Source: Amphiscolops sp. MND2022
Lineage: Eukaryota
Reading direction: 5' to 3'
DNA: 64,000 nt
NCBI GenBank assembly: GCA_964187785.1
Contig: OZ076416.1
Location: 41,354,001-41,418,000 of the forward strand
A model generated the notes under the pieces. The model was given only the letters and a program-made list of their open reading frames with translations. It was not told the DNA's origin and did no database searches. A program made the translations under genes and the position numbers. Shown piece after piece: positions 63,301 to 64,000 of this stretch (position 1 is the stretch's first letter; each line of letters starts with the position of its first letter).

Positions 63301-64000
63301 GCTAATAAACTACAAAACTTGGAAACATTTTGATTCATTTTATGCTTTTTTTTCAGATAAAGTTCCATATTTTTCTTTTCGAAAGTACGATGTTTACTAA
63401 AGTTAGGATATTTATACCAACGAAAACGTCCAATAATTGCAAAAAACGGTCGGAAAGTTGGGGAAAATCCTAAAATTGTCGACAAATACACATGCAACGA
63501 ACATCTGTTAGTAAAAAATGCAGAACTTGGTATTTGGTGACGCTTTGGAATTTAATAGAATTCAATCTGTGGATATTTCGTGAATGATTCAGGCTTGAGG
63601 GGTTCCTTACCAAGCTCGGGAAAATTAGGGAAATAACGCAGCCGAGTTATTTATCTTCAATTCCCACATGGAATATGGGTTATCATACGGATTATAATCG
63701 TAAGCGCATACTAACAACTTAAATACCCGTTAGTATCGAAACCTCCATGATAAGTTACGAAAGCTGGCAGTTACTGCACTTCAAAAATTATCATACCATA
63801 TTACTTGGCAGACTTACCAGACTTTTCAAGAGGCCAGCAAAGGTATCTATCATTCAACCGTCTATGGTAGCGATTTTGAAAAAGTTGCAAAGACAGAATT
63901 TTGAGATTTTATCTTATTTTTTAACCCCATGCTGCCCACGCGGACTTTAAAGTCACCAACTGAAGAATTCAATTTTACAGCGCTGAGCAATACATGTACT

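Noticed and set aside
61245-63497. Short ORFs near the window end as genes
   Set aside because: No recognisable domains and no consistent splice chain.

Overview
Eukaryotic (invertebrate animal) genomic DNA, AT-rich and transposon-dense. No rRNA, intact tRNA or CRISPR array was found. The repeat style recalls acoel flatworm assemblies (recollection only, unverified). Host genes: (1) a 9-exon, phase-consistent Sestrin gene on the minus strand (46447->35170; start exon unresolved); (2) a chain of Ser-rich exons further upstream (54368-59338) that may be its 5' extension or a separate gene; (3) an apparently half-length SLC52/riboflavin-transporter-like gene (4049->~3187). Mobile DNA: a near-intact L2/CR1-group LINE ORF2; two solo LTRs with 5-bp TSDs; a decayed 15.7-kb Ty3/Gypsy element (16397-32135, TSD GTTAG); an intact 1.9-kb hAT element in a Sestrin intron; a deleted hAT; a Mutator-type foldback MITE; and several families of Helentron/HINE-like non-autonomous elements. 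The most unusual system is the Gypsy family. Its LTRs encode the first ~110-130 codons of gag, with a Met codon built across the LTR/PBS junction. It also carries a ~4-kb antisense, intron-containing gene for a zinc-finger protein that looks by eye like a catalytically dead hAT transposase, plus a further sense ORF running into the 3' LTR. All calls were made by eye; no searches were run.
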